A stretch of DNA of 64,000 nucleotides from Mobula hypostoma. Lineage: Eukaryota. The notes below the pieces were generated by a model that made no database searches, was not told where the DNA came from, and saw nothing but the letters and a program-made list of their open reading frames with translations. Where the stretch lies: assembly GCF_963921235.1 (NCBI RefSeq), contig NC_086097.1:253830001-253894000 (forward strand), in the 5' to 3' direction. Below, in pieces: positions 25,553 through 39,469 of the stretch (position 1 is its first letter; each line of letters begins with the position of its first letter). The translations under genes were made by a program, and so were the position numbers.

Positions 25553-28298
25553 ATAATATTCCAGGGTTCCGATGTTTCAGATGTGATCAAGGCAGAGGAA
25601 TGAAAGATGGGGGAGTGGCATTGCTTGTTAGGGAAAATATTACAGCAGTGCTCAGGCAGGACAGATTAGACGGCTTGTCTAGTGAGTCCTTATGGGTGGA
25701 GCTGAGAAACAGGAAAGGTATGGCCACATTAGTGGGATTGTATTACAGACCACCCTATAGTCAAAGAGAATTGGAAGTGAAAATCTGCAGAGAGATAGCA
25801 GGCAACTGCAGGAAACATAAAGTTGTGGTGGTAGGGGATTTTAATTTTCCATATATTGATTGGGTCTCCCATACTGTTAGGGGTCTAGATGGTTTAGAGT
25901 TTGTAAAATGTGTTCAGGAAAGTTTTCTAAATCAATATATAGAGGGACCAACTAGAGGGGATGCAATATTGGATCTCCTGTTAGGAAACGAGTTAGGACA
26001 AGTGACAGAAGTCTGTGTAGGGGAATACTTTGGTTTCAGTGATCATAACACCATTAGTTTCAACTTGATCATGGACAAGGATAGATCTGGTCCTAGAGTT
26101 GGGTTCTTAACTGGAAGAAGGCCAAATTTGAAGCAATGAGAAAGGATCTAAAAAGCGTGGATTGGGACAGGTTGTTCTCTGGCATGGATGTGATCGGTAG
26201 GTGGGAAGCCTTCAAAGCAGAAATTTTGAGAGTGCATGATTTGTATGTTCCTGTCAGGATTAAAGGCAAGGTGAATAGGAATAAGGAACCTTGGTTCTCA
26301 AGGGATATTGCAACTCTGATAAAGAAGAAGAGGGAGTTGTATGAAATGTATAGGAAACAGGGGGTAAATCAGGTGCTTGAGGAGTATAAGAAGTGCAAGA
26401 AAATACTTAAGAAAGAAATCAGGAGGGCTAAAAGAAGACATGAGGTTGCCTTGGCAGTCAAAGTGAAGGATAATCCAAAGAGCTTTTACAGGTATATTAA
26501 GAGCAAAAGGATTGTAAGGGATAAAATTGGTCCTCTTGAAGATCAGAGTGGTCGGCTATGTGCGGAACCAAAGGAAATGGGGGAGATCTTAAATAGGTTT
26601 TTTGCGTCTGTATTTACTAAGGAAACTGGCATGAAGTCTATGGAATTAAGGGAAACAAGTAGTGAGATCATAGAAACTGTACAGATCGAAAAGGAGGAGG
26701 TCCTTGCTGTCTTGAGGAAAATTAAAATGGATAAATCCCCGGGACCTGACAGGGTGTTCCCTCGGACCTTGAAGGAGAATAGCGTTGAAATTGCGGGGGC
26801 CCTGGCAGAAATATTTGAAATGTCGCTGTCTACAGGTGAGGTGCCAGAGGATTGGAGAGTGGCTCATGTTGTTCCGTTGTTTAAAAAAGGATCGAAAAGT
26901 AATCCGGGAAATTATAGGCCAGTAAGTTTAATGTCGGTAGTAGGTAAGTTATTGGAGGGAGTACTAGGAGACAGAATCTACAAGCATTTGGATAGACTGG
27001 GACTTATTAGGGAGAGTCAACATGGCTTTGTGCGTGGTAGGTCATGTTTGACCAATCTATTGGAGTTTTTCGAGGAGGTGACCAGGAAAGTGGATGAAGG
27101 GAAGGCAGTGGATATTGTCTACATGGACTTCAGTAAGGCCTTTGACAAGGTCCCACATGAGAGGTTAGTTAGGAAAATTCAGTCGCTAGGTATACATGGA
27201 GAGGTGGTAAATTGGATTAGACATTGGCTCAATGGAAGAAGCCAAAGAGTGGTAGTAGAGAATTGCTTCTCTGAGTGGAGGCCTGTGACTAGTGGTGTGC
27301 CACAGGGATCAGTGCTGGGTCCATTGTTATTTGTCATCTATATCAATGATCTGGATGATAATGTGGTAAATTAGATCAGCAAGTTTGCTGATGATACAAA
27401 GATTGGAGGTGTAGAAGACAGTGAGGAAGGTTTTCAGAGCCTGCAGAGGGACTCGGACCAGCTGGAAAAATGGGCTGAAAAATGGCAGATGGATTTTAAT
27501 ACTGACAAGTGTGAGGTATTGCACATGGGAAGGACAAACCAACGTAGAACATACAGGGTTAATTGTAAGGCACTGAGGAGTGCAGTGGAACAGAGGGATC
27601 TGGGAATACAGATACAAAATTCCCTAAAAGTGGCGTCACAGGTAGATAGGGTGGTAACGAGAGCTTTTGGTACATTGGCCTTTATTAATCAAAGTATTGA
27701 GTATAAGAGCTGGAATGTTATGATGAGGTTGTATAAGGCATTGGTGAGGCCGAATCTGGAGTATTGTGTTCAGTTTTGGTCACCAAATTACAGGAAGGAT
27801 ATAAATAAGGTTGAAAGAGTGCAGAGAAGGTTTACAAGGATGTTGCCGGGACTTGAGAAACTCAGTTACAGAGAAAGGTTGAATAGGTTAGGACTTTATT
27901 CCCTGGAGCGTAGAAGAATGAGGGGGGATTTGATAGAGGTATATAAAATTATGATGGGTATAGATAGAGGGAATGCAAGCAGTCTTTTTCCACTGAGGCA
28001 AGGGGAGAAAAAAACCAGAGGACATGGGTTAAGGGTGAGGAGGGAAAAGTTTAAAGGGAACATTAGTGGGGACTTCTTCACACAGAGAGTGGTGGGAGTA
28101 TGGAATGAGCTGCCAGACGAGGTGGTAAATGCAGGTTCTTTTTTAACATTTAAGAATAAATTGGACAGATACATGGATGGGAGGTGTATGGAGGGATATG
28201 GTCCGTGTGCAGGTCAGTGGGACTGGGCAGAAAATGGTTCGGCACAGCCAAGAAGAGCCAAAAGGCCTGTTTCTGTGCTGTAGTTTCTATGGTTCTAT
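25553..28298 (+). mobile_element. 5'-truncated CR1 subfamily B copy 2
   Basis: ORFs 25600-26139 (GGGVAL, GDFN, SDH), 26136-27374 and 27489-28283; frameshift near 26100 and premature TAG at 27372; closely similar to 6755-9420. Confidence 0.95.
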
Positions 28299-28834
28299 AA
28301 AAAATTATTTTTGTTTCCTCAGACAGAGGTGGCAGTGGCCTCTATAGCCAGATCCTGGGCTGATGACAGAGCAAACACCACCGGTGGGAGAACTCAGAGA
28401 ATTATTGTACGGGACTCAGAATAATTTCCTTTCATCTCTCCGTAGTCACAGGAATCCTGCCGTTGAAGAGGACAAAGAAATGACTCCCCCCAATCTGAGC
28501 CCAAACCATCCATTGAGAGGCATGTGAAAGAGGGCGGGCATGACGTTTCCGGTGACTGTTTCACTTTACTCCCTGGACAGCTGTTTGGTCTTTGTATAGC
28601 TACACGGTTAACTTCAGAGGGTCAACAGCAGTGGAGCTAAAAATCCCGGCACTCTGGAGATCCATATGTAGCCCCTCCAGTGTACTGTGTTCAGGAATAG
28701 AACGAGTTGTTTATCCAGGCATTGTTAGTGATCCTACTGTGCCAACAACCCAGGACCTGACTATATCGTCTCCACATCAGACTTACTGTGAACAGCTTTT
28801 GTAGGTCTTTCACTAATTCACACCCTTATTTCAA

Positions 28835-29135
28835 ATAGATTAGATTCAAGTGCTCTTTTGGCAAGATATTGACAAACTTCAACTCATTCACAACACCACT
28901 GCTAGACTTTTAACTAAAACCAGGATGAGAGAACTCCCATCCCAGCTATTCTGCATTGGCTTCCTGTATCTCTTAGAATTGATTTTAAAGTTCTCTTACT
29001 TGTTTTTAAAGCTCTCAATGGTCTGGGACCAGACTACATCACAGAATCACTTTTGTTTTATAATCCTGTTCGAGCTCTCAGGTCTTCTTCTGCCAGTCTC
29101 TTAAATTTAAACTATCTCCCTCAAAAGATAATTGG
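28835..29135 (+). mobile_element. L2-clade LINE C-terminal fragment
   Basis: KLQLIHNTTARLLT and, after a frameshift, LHWLPVSLRIDFKVLLLVFKALNGLGPDYI...RALRSS. Confidence 0.85.
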
Positions 29136-29384
29136 CAGGTCAGAGCAACACACACAGCATGCTGGAGGAACTCAGCAGGTCAGGCTGCATCCATGGAGTC
29201 GACATTTCAGGCCAAGCCCCTTCACATGTATCTTCTGTATCTTGAGCAAGACACAAAACATTCAGCCCTCTCCCGACCACTGTCGCTGGCTGGTTGGACA
29301 ACTGAGTAATCTCAGACCCTGTTTGTAAATCATGAGATTTTATACCACATGTAAAATAACAAACTACTTATTAATCTCAGCAAA

Positions 29385-30120
29385 TTATGTTGCAGTGTTA
29401 TAAAACTCTAGTTAGGCCACATCTGGAGTATTGCACACAGATCTGGTCACCTTAATATAGGAAGGTTTTGGAGAGGTGTGGAAGAGGTTCACCAGGATGT
29501 TGCCTGGATTAGAGAGCGTGTGATATAACGAGAGGCTGGATAAACTTGGGTAGTTTTCTCTGGAGCAGTGGAGGCTGAGGGGAGATCTGATAGGGGTTTA
29601 TAGGATTATGAGAGGCATAGATAGAGTGGACAGACAGTCTCTTTTTCCCAGGGTTGTAATGTCTAATGCCAGAGGGCATGCATTGAATGTGTCAGAGTCA
29701 TAGTCATAGTCATATTCATAGTCATACTTTATTGATCCCGGGAGAAATTGGTTTCCGTTACAGTTGCACCAAAATAATTAAATAGTAATAAAACCATAAA
29801 TAGTTAAATAGTAATATGTAAATTATGCCAGGAAATAAGTCCAGGACCAGCCTATTGGCTCAGGGTGTCTGACCCTCCAAGGGAGGAGTTGTAAAGTTTG
29901 ATGAGAGGGGTAATTTCAAAGGAAATGTGAGGGGTCATTTTTCTTACACAAAGAGTGGTGGGTCCTGGATGATGGCAGATACATCAGAGACTTCTCAGAG
30001 ACGTTAGGAGGGGCAGATGAATGGAAGGGTATGAACATTGTGAAGACAGAAGGGATTAGTTTAGCTGGATATTTTATTACTAATTTAATTGATCTGGTGC
30101 AGCATTGTGGGCTGAATTGG
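29385..30120 (+). mobile_element. CR1 3' fragment with a nested minus-strand Rex1-type 3' end (about 29692-29903)
   Basis: ggccacatctggagtattgc and ttcaccaggatgttgcctgga; the insert shares aaataagtccaggaccagcctattggctcagggtgtctgaccctcca with 3890-3936. Confidence 0.8.
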
Positions 30121-30216
30121 AGAACTCAGAGCCTGGTGCTCAAAGAATGTGTAAGTTCACATAAAACACACAACTTTGTACAGTGTTTAAGCACGAGGTG
30201 TAGTTTATACAGTGTT

Positions 30217-30523
30217 GGCACATGGCCAACTGATTAAGGCATTCGTCTAGTGATCTGAAGTTCGCTAGTTCGAGCCTCAGCCGAGGCAGCGTGTTGTGTC
30301 CTTGAGCAAGGCACTTAACCACACATTGCTCTGCGACGACACCGGTGCCAAGCTGTATGGGTCCTAATGCCCTTCCCTTGGACAACATCGGTGTCGTGGA
30401 GAGGGGAGACTTGCAGCATGGGCAACTGCTGGTCTTCCATACAACCTTGCCCAGGCCTGCGCCCTGGAAACCTTCCAAGGCGCAAATCCATGGTCTCATG
30501 AGACTAACGAATGCCTATTATTA
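30217..30523 (+). mobile_element. tRNA-derived SINE, second family with CORE-like centre
   Basis: A-box-like tggccaactga, B-box-like gttcgagcc, gtgtccttgagcaaggcacttaacc; 3' part repeated at about 31050-31138 and head repeated on the minus strand at about 35180-35244. Confidence 0.8.
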
Positions 30524-30599
30524 TAGATTATACAACTTAAAATCAAATTAGTCAGGACATGGAATATAATAAACAAGGAAACACTGAATGAAAAGAACC

Positions 30600-31040
30600 A
30601 GCATGCACAAATGCTAGAAGAACTCAGCAGGTTAGGCAGCATCTATGGAAATGAATAAACAGTTGACGTTTCAGGCCGAGACCCTTCTGCAGGACAGAGA
30701 AGGAAGGAGAGAAGAAGCCAGAATAAGATGCTGGGCAAAGGAGAAAGATTATAATCTGGCAGGTGACAGGTGAGACCAGGTGAGGGGGAATGTGGGTGGG
30801 TGGGGGACAGGGATGACAATGAGGAGAAGGATTACAATCTGGCAGGTGATAGGTGAGACCAGGTGAGGGGGAATGTGGGTGGGTGGGGGACAGGGATGAC
30901 AATGAGGGGAAGGATTACAATCTGGCAGGTGATAGGTGAGACCAGGTGAGGGGGAAGGTGGGTGGGTGGGTGGGGGAGTGGAATGACATGAGAAGCTGGG
31001 AGGGGACAGATGGAAAATATAAGGGCTAAAGATGGAATCT
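30600..31040 (-). mobile_element. Penelope-derived terminal element with degenerate hammerhead and an internal 83-bp tandem repeat
   Basis: gaactcagcaggttaggcagcatctatgga...gacgtttcaggccgagacccttc; repeat phase points at 30751, 30834 and 30917. Confidence 0.75.
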
Positions 31041-31138
31041 GAGAGCTTAGGTCTTCCATACAACCTTGCCCAGGCCTGTGCCCTCGAAACCTTCCAAGGG
31101 GCAAATCCATGGTCTCTCGAGACTAATGAATGCCTATA

Positions 31139-33465
31139 TAGAACATAGAATAGTACAGTACAGTACAGGCCCTTTGGCCCACAATGTTGTGCCGACCTTC
31201 AAACCCTGCTTCCAATATAATCCCCCACCTTAAATTCCTCCATATACCTGTCTAGTAGAGTCTCTTAAACTTCACTAGTGTATCTGCCTCCACCACTGAC
31301 TCAGGCAGTGCATTCCACGCACCAACCACTCTCTGAGTAAAAAACCTTCCTCTAATATCCCCCTTGAACTTCCCACCCCTTACCTTAAAGCCATGTCCTC
31401 TCGTATTGAGCAGTGGTGCCCTGGGGAAGAGGCACTGGCTATCCACTCTATCTATTCCTCTTATTATCTTGTACACGTTTATCATGTCTCCTCTCATTCT
31501 CTTTCTCTCCCTAGCTCCCTTAATCTCTGGTCATAATGCATACTCTCTAAACCAGGCAGCATCCTGGTAAATCTCCTCTGTACCCTTTCCAAAGCCTCCA
31601 CGTCCTTCCTATAGTGAGATGACCAGAACTGGACACAATACTCCAAGTGTGGCCTAAACAGAGTTTCACAGAGCTGCATCATTACATCACGACTCTTAAA
31701 TTCTATCCCTCGACTTACGAAAGCTAACACCCCATAAGCTTTCTTAACTACCCAATCCACCTGTAAGGCAACTTTCAGGGATCTGTGGACATGTACCCCC
31801 AGATCCCTCTGCTCCTCCACACTACCAAGTATCCTGCCATTCACTTTGTACTCTGCCTTGGAGTTTGTCCTTCCAAAGTGTACCACCTCACACTTCTCCG
31901 AGTTGAACTCCATCTGCCACTTCTCAGCCCACTTCTGAATCCTATCAATGTCTCTCTGCAATCTTTGACAATCCTCTACACTATCTACAACACCACCAAC
32001 CTTTGTGTCATCTGCAAACTTGCCAACCCACCCTTCTACCCCCACATCCAGGTCCTTAATAAAAATCAAGAAAAGTAGAGGTCCCAGAATAGATCCTTGT
32101 GGGACACCACTGGTCACAATCCTCCAATCTGAATGTACTCCCTCCACCACCACCCTCTGCCTTCTGCAGGCAAGCCAATTCTGAATCCACCTGGCCAAAC
32201 TTCCCTGGATCCCATGCCTTCTGATTTTCTGAATAAGCCTACCGTGTGGAACCTTGTCAAATGCCTTACTAAAATCCATATAGATCACATCCACTGCACT
32301 ACCCTCATCTATATGCCTGGTCACCTCCTCAAAGAACTCTATCGGGCTTGTTAGACACGATCTGCCCTTCACAAAGCCATGCTGACTGTCCCTGATCAGA
32401 CCATGATTCTCTAAATGCCCATAGATCCTATCTCTAAGAATCTTTTTCAAAGCTTTCCCACCACAGACGTAAGGCTCACTGGTCTATAATTACCCGGACT
32501 ATCCCTACTACCTTTTTTGAACAAGGGGACAACATTCGCCTCCCTCCAATCATCCGGTACCATTCCCGTAGACAACGAGGACATAAAGATCCTAGCCAGA
32601 GGCTCAGCAATCTCTTCCCTCGCCTCGCGGCACAGCTTGGGGAATATTCCGTCAGGCCCCAGGGACTTAACCGTCCTAATGTATTTTAACAACTCCAACA
32701 CCTCCTCTCCCTTAATATCAACATGCTCCAGAACATCAACCTCACTCATATTGTCCTCACCATCAAGTTCCCTCTCATTGGTGAATACCGAAGAGAAGTA
32801 TTCATTGAGGACCTCGCTCACTTCCACAGCCTCCAGGCACATCTTCCTACCTACATCTCTAATCGGTCCTACCTTCACTCCTGTCATCCTTTTTTTCTTC
32901 ACATAATTGAAGAATGCCTTGGGGTTTTCCTTTACCCTACTCGCCAGGCCTTCTCATGCCCCCTTCTTGCTCTTCTCAGCCCCTTCTTAAGCTCCTTTCT
33001 TGATACCCTATATTCCTCAATAGACCCATCTGATCCTTGCTTCCTAAACCTCATGTATGCTGCCTTCTTCAACCTGACTAGATTTTCCACCTCACTTGTC
33101 ACCCTACCATTCTTTATCTTCCTCACCGGAACAAATTTATCCCTAACATCCTGCAACAGACCTCTAAACATCGACCACATGTCCATAGTACATTTCCCTG
33201 CAAAAACATCATCCCAATTCACACCTGCAAGTTCTGGCCTTATAACCTCATAATTTGCCCTTCCCCAATTAAAAATTTTCCTGTCCTCTCTGATTCCATC
33301 CTTTTCCATGATAATGCTAAAGGCCAGGGATTGGTGGTCACTGTCCCCCAGATGCTTACCCACTGAGAGATCTGTGACCTGACCCGGTTCATTACCTAGT
33401 ACTAGATCTAGTATGGCATTCCCCCTGGTCGGCCTGTCCATATACTGTGACAGGAATCCGTCACC
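31139..33465 (-). mobile_element. CR1 subfamily A copy 3
   Basis: ORFs 32932-33441, 32447-32902, 31494-32450 and 31252-31497; (GAACATA) tail. Confidence 0.95.
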
Positions 33466-33467
33466 AA

Positions 33468-33472
<5 letters not shown>

Positions 33473-33510
<38 letters not shown>
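33473..33510. repeat. (TA)n microsatellite
   Basis: Direct reading. Confidence 0.98.
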
Positions 33511-33516
<6 letters not shown>

Positions 33517-34056
33517 CACAGAGTTACAGTGAAAAGCTTGTTTTTTATACTGTTCACGCAGATCAGGTACACAGTAAATTGAGGTAGAACAAGGTAAAAC
33601 AATAAGAGAATATAGAGTCACTTTTTTTACACAGAATGGTGAGAGTGTGGATTGCACAACTGAAGAAGAGTGGTGGTGGTAGAGGCAGATACTTTAGAAA
33701 CTCTCAGACAGGCACATGGACGATAGAAAAATGGAGGGTTATGTAGGAGGGAAGGGTTAGATTGATAATAGGGTAGGTTACAAGGTATGGGCTGAAGGGC
33801 CAGTACTGTGCGGTAGAATTCCATGTTTCATGTAAATGGGACCAAAACGTTGTCAGCTGGTCGCTTTCTTTCCCAATTAAAGCTCACTCTGTTACAAAGT
33901 ATTTAAGATATTCCTCACGTCTGTTGTGATATTTCAAGATGAAAACTTGGTAAATCAGCCTCTCAACTCATTGCAGCCCCTTCTCCCATGGTCACTCTCC
34001 CTTCCTCTGCAGGCTCAGACACTGGCCCCTCCTGTTGGTGGAATGACAAGCTGGAT

Positions 34057-34921
<865 letters not shown>

Positions 34922-36034
34922 ACATGTACATCTGCGGACTGCTGAGAGCTGCTTGTTCTTGCCAATAACACCCAAGCACCATCAATTTAAGGACACGTTG
35001 CTCAGGGACTTGGACTATAGTATATATTTTGTGTGTTTGTATGATTACTGCTATCTGGTACGTGCTATAGGTGCCTTGTTGTGTGTGTGACTGTTTGGTA
35101 CTGTTGTTTGCACCTTGGTCCCAGGGTACGGCTGTTACGTTCGGCTCTATTCATGTATGGTTGAATGGCAGTTAAACTTCAGCCAAGGCTCGAACTAGCG
35201 ACCTTCATATCACTAGACGAACGCCTTAACCACCTGGCCACGCGTGTGTATGTGACAATTATAAACCAATTCCAATAATCTCTTAGTCCAGAGCAGGGCA
35301 GAAGGGAGTTTCTTAGATGCCCTGCATCTACGGTGGCAGTGTGTTTCACACACCCAACAGTCTCTGTGTAAAAAACACCTTTCTCTAACATCTCCCCCAT
35401 ATGTTCCTCCAATCACCCCAAAATTATGCTCCGACCCTCGAGCACCAGAAGAGATTCAGCAAACATCCAGACCGTTGACAGAGATGACAAACAAAAACGA
35501 ACCAGCTCCTTCCTGTGAGGTCAGGCACATGATGTAGCTCTGTCAGAAATCCGGCTGGCTTTACGAGAACAAGATAGTTCTTGGATTAATGGGCTGGATC
35601 TCCTCAGCTGCTCACTGGTCCATGTTCTTACAGATGAATCAAGAGAAGTACTTTCATTTTATACATCCCTGTAATGAAATAGAACAGATACAAACCTGTA
35701 TGCTACACATGGAAATTATGGTGTAGTAAACAATATCAATGAGGATGCATGTGCCTCTGGAAGATTCATGAGAAAGGACCAATCCCAGTCAAGCACTTAC
35801 ACCACCCATTCAAAACATTGACATATTTCATACACTTGTGTCTTTTGGAAAAAGTTCCAAAAAGAGACAGTTCCCTTTACTTATTTCAAAAGCTCTTAGA
35901 CAGGTACATGGAGCTTAGAAAAACAGGGGGCTATGTGATAAGGAAATTCTAGGCAGTTACACGGTCGGCACAACATTGTGGGCCGAAGGGCCTGTAATGT
36001 GCTGTAATTTTTCTATGTTCTGTGTTCTCTGAGG

Positions 36035-36420
36035 ATTATCACCTTGTTGTGGTGGAGAGGCTTGTGAGATCCTGAGATTGCTAGAGTGATACTGTCTGGA
36101 ACATGGCTCCTGGTAGGTTCACCCCGAAGGTAAGGCCAGAGGGGAGGTTCCAGACAAGGAGTGATACAACCAATGTCTCGATGGTGGAGGTGGTGGAAGA
36201 TGATGACACATCACAACAGCAGTGAAGGATCCCCAGTTGTCTTATATTTCAGGCCACTGGACACTGACCTTAATTTGTCACGGACCATGAAGTGGCTGCC
36301 CGTGCATCAGCCTCTCCACATTAAACAAGATCATGCACAGGCATTCTCCATTCAGGGAAAAACCCCTTGGGAGAACATCATGCCCAGATGAAGTGATCCC
36401 ACTACTGGTATTTTCTGGTT
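36035..36420 (+). mobile_element. Possible RTE-type 5' UTR-derived element
   Basis: caccttgttgtggtggagaggcttg...ggctcctggtagg...ccagacaag resembles RTE/Expander-like 5' ends as I recall them; not verified. Confidence 0.4.
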
Positions 36421-36754
36421 ATGAGTGCACCGCAGTAAATTTCCCTTCAGATTCAGGCTTATTGATCACGTGTACATCGAGACATACAGTGAAATGTGTT
36501 ATTGGTATTAATGACCAACTCAACCTAAGGATGTGCTGGGGGCAGCCCACAAGTGTCAACACACATTCTGACAGCACACTGCTAAGGGCAAGATTCTTAA
36601 AGTGTTGCTGAGCAGAGAGATCTTGGGATACAAGTTCATAGCTCTTTGTAAGTGGCTGCACAGGTCAATAAGGTGGTTAATAATGCGTGCTTTTATTAGT
36701 CGAGTCATTCAGTTCAAAAATCAAGAGGTTATGTTACAACTTTATAAACCTATG

Positions 36755-37357
36755 TTATTATGATTATGATTATGAAGACACGCAGTCCTCTTTTATTGTC
36801 ATTTAGTAATGCGTGCATTAAGAAATGATACATTATTTGCTCTGGTGTGATATCACAAAACACAGGACAAACCAAGACTGAAAAAACTGACAAAACCATA
36901 TAATTATAACATATAGTTACAAACAGTGTAACAATGCCATAACTTGATGAAGAAGTCCGTGAGCACAGTGAAGTTCAAAGTTTCTCAAATATCCCACATC
37001 TCATGCAGACGGGAGAAGGAAGAAAAACTCTCCGCCATGCCCGACTACAGTCCGACTCTGAGTCATCCGAAAACTTTGAGCTCTGATCAGCTCTCCGACA
37101 CCGAGTACTGAGCGCCATCTCTGTCCGAACGATTCGACCTCCTTCTCGGTAGCCAAAAGCAGGCAAGGCCAGGGATTTTGAGGCCTACCCTCCGAAAGAT
37201 TCATGACCACACAGTAATGACAGCAGCGAACAGCCGTTTCAGAAATTTCTCCAGATGTTCCTTTGTGCTTTCACGTTCATTCTCCATCAAATCAGAATTG
37301 TCCACGGCCCCTATTTAATGGATATGATATCATTTTTCACCGGAGAGCTGTGCACGC
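36755..37357 (-). mobile_element. Non-coding non-autonomous retroelement, copy 1, nested in a CR1 3' fragment (about 36600-37935)
   Basis: Collinear with 59797-60498; (CATAAT)n-type tail. Confidence 0.8.
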
Positions 37358-37934
37358 ATCAAATGTTTAGGCCACATCTGGAGTATTGCACACAGTTCTG
37401 GTCACCCCTCTGTAGGAAGGATGTTGAGGCTATGGAGGGGGTTCAGAAGAGCTTTACCAAGATGCTGCCTGGTTTAGAGGGCATGTGCTATCACAAGAGG
37501 CTGGATAAACTTGAGTTGTTTTCTCTGGAGTGCCGGACACTGGGGAGACCTGATAGAGGTTTATAAGACTATGAGAGGCATAGATAGAGTAGACAGGGAG
37601 TATCTGTTTCCCAGGGTCGAAATGTCCAATACCAGGGAGCATGCATTGAAGGTGAGAGGGGGTAGGTTCAAGGGGGATGTGAGGGGGGTAAGTTTTTTAC
37701 TCAGAGAGTGGTGGATGCCTGGAATGCACTGCCTGGTATGGAGGTAGAGGCAAATACATTAGAGGCTTTTAAGAGATGTTTGGATAGGCACATGAATGTA
37801 AGGAAGATGGAGGGATATGGACATTGTGTAGGTAAGAGGGATTAGTATTTGGATGTTTTTGATTCGCTTTTTGGCTGGCTTAGCACAATATTTTGGGCTG
37901 AAGGACCTGTTTCTGTGCTGTACTGGTCTACGTT

Positions 37935-38660
37935 GAGGTTTTATAAAGCACTAGTGAGGCATCACTTTGGAGTATTGTGAGCAGTTATGGCCCCTTATCT
38001 AAAAAGAATGTCCTGACATTGGAGAGAGTTCAAAGGAGGTTCACAAAAGCGATTCTGAGACTGAAAGGCTTATCATACGAGGAGCGTTACTCACTGGAAT
38101 TCAGAAGAATGAGGGGTGACCTCATTGAAACCTATCGAACATTAAAAAGCTTGGAAAGAGTGGATGTGGCGAGGGTGTTCCCTACAGAGGAGGAGTCTAA
38201 GACCAAAAAACACTGCATCAGAACAGAGGGCATCCATTTACAGCAGAGATGAGGGGGAATTTCTTTAGCCAGAAAGTGGTGAGTCTGTGCAACTCGTTGC
38301 TACAGGCATCTGTGGAGTCCATCACTGGGTATATTTAATGCAGAGGTTGATAGATTCTTCAGAGGGCAGGAGATTGGGGCCAAGAGGGAAAATGGATCAG
38401 CCATGGGCCAAATGGCCTAATTCTGCTCCTATATCTTGTGGCTGTGGCCACCTTTTGTGATTCATGCACAAGCTCTCCCAAGTCCCTCAGCTTAGCAGAA
38501 TGTTGCAATTTTTTACCATTTAAATAACAATGTTCTCTTCCATTTTTCTTCCAAAGTGGATGACCTCACATGTACCAACATTGTACTCCATCTGCCAGAC
38601 CCTTGCCCACTTAACCTATCTATATCTCTCTGTCAGCTCTCCATTTCTTCATATATTATG
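37935..38660. mobile_element. Old CR1 fragments (plus-strand 3' end, then a minus-strand RT piece)
   Basis: LERVQRRFTK, YSLEFRRMRGDLIETY. Confidence 0.8.
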
Positions 38661-39469
38661 GAATTTTAATTCTCAGTAGGATATTTAGAATGGCTGGGTT
38701 TTGCAAAGGTTTAAAGTCTCAGAATTGACCGAACATAACCCTACTCAATTTATCTGCAAATGGGTTAGTAGTGCGATCACACGAGTCGAGTATCATCTTC
38801 TCCTAAATGTTTATCTATTGGTGGGTCCTCAGGTGTCTGTCAAAGCCAATCCTGGATCCATCTCCTCTTCAATGCAGTGCTTATTGTCCGCTCTGTGGCC
38901 GACAGTAAGGTTCTACAACTGGTAGTCAAAACTGCCGAGAACATCACCGGCAGCAACCTACCCGCCATCGAGGACATACTGTATATACAGAAAGGTGTCT
39001 AAAAAGGACCTGTAACATCCCATCCACCCTACTCATGGACCATTTGTCCTACTCCCATCAAGGAGGAGACTGCATAGCACCAGACTCAGAAACAGTTATA
39101 ATCTTCTTTCAACAATGATTCAATGATGCCTACAACATCATACCTGCCAATCTGTAACTGTTCTACAAGTTCATCTACCTTATTCCGTTCACTGAGTGCA
39201 TTCAGAGACAATGCTTTCAGTTCTGTATTCACCCTTTTTGATTTTCTTTCATATTGCAACTCATTCTGTTGACTGCAATTTGCTCTATCAACAGCCTCTC
39301 CTCACTACACATTGCCTCTGTTTGCAAACTAGCTACATCATCCTCAGCACTATTATTTGCCTTTCCTACGATACTCTTTGTGTTGAAATATATGCAGCTC
39401 AGGACACTAGTTGCTCCATGCTCAACTTCTTGATTTCTAACTTTGTCGGAAGTTTCACCAACATCTGCC

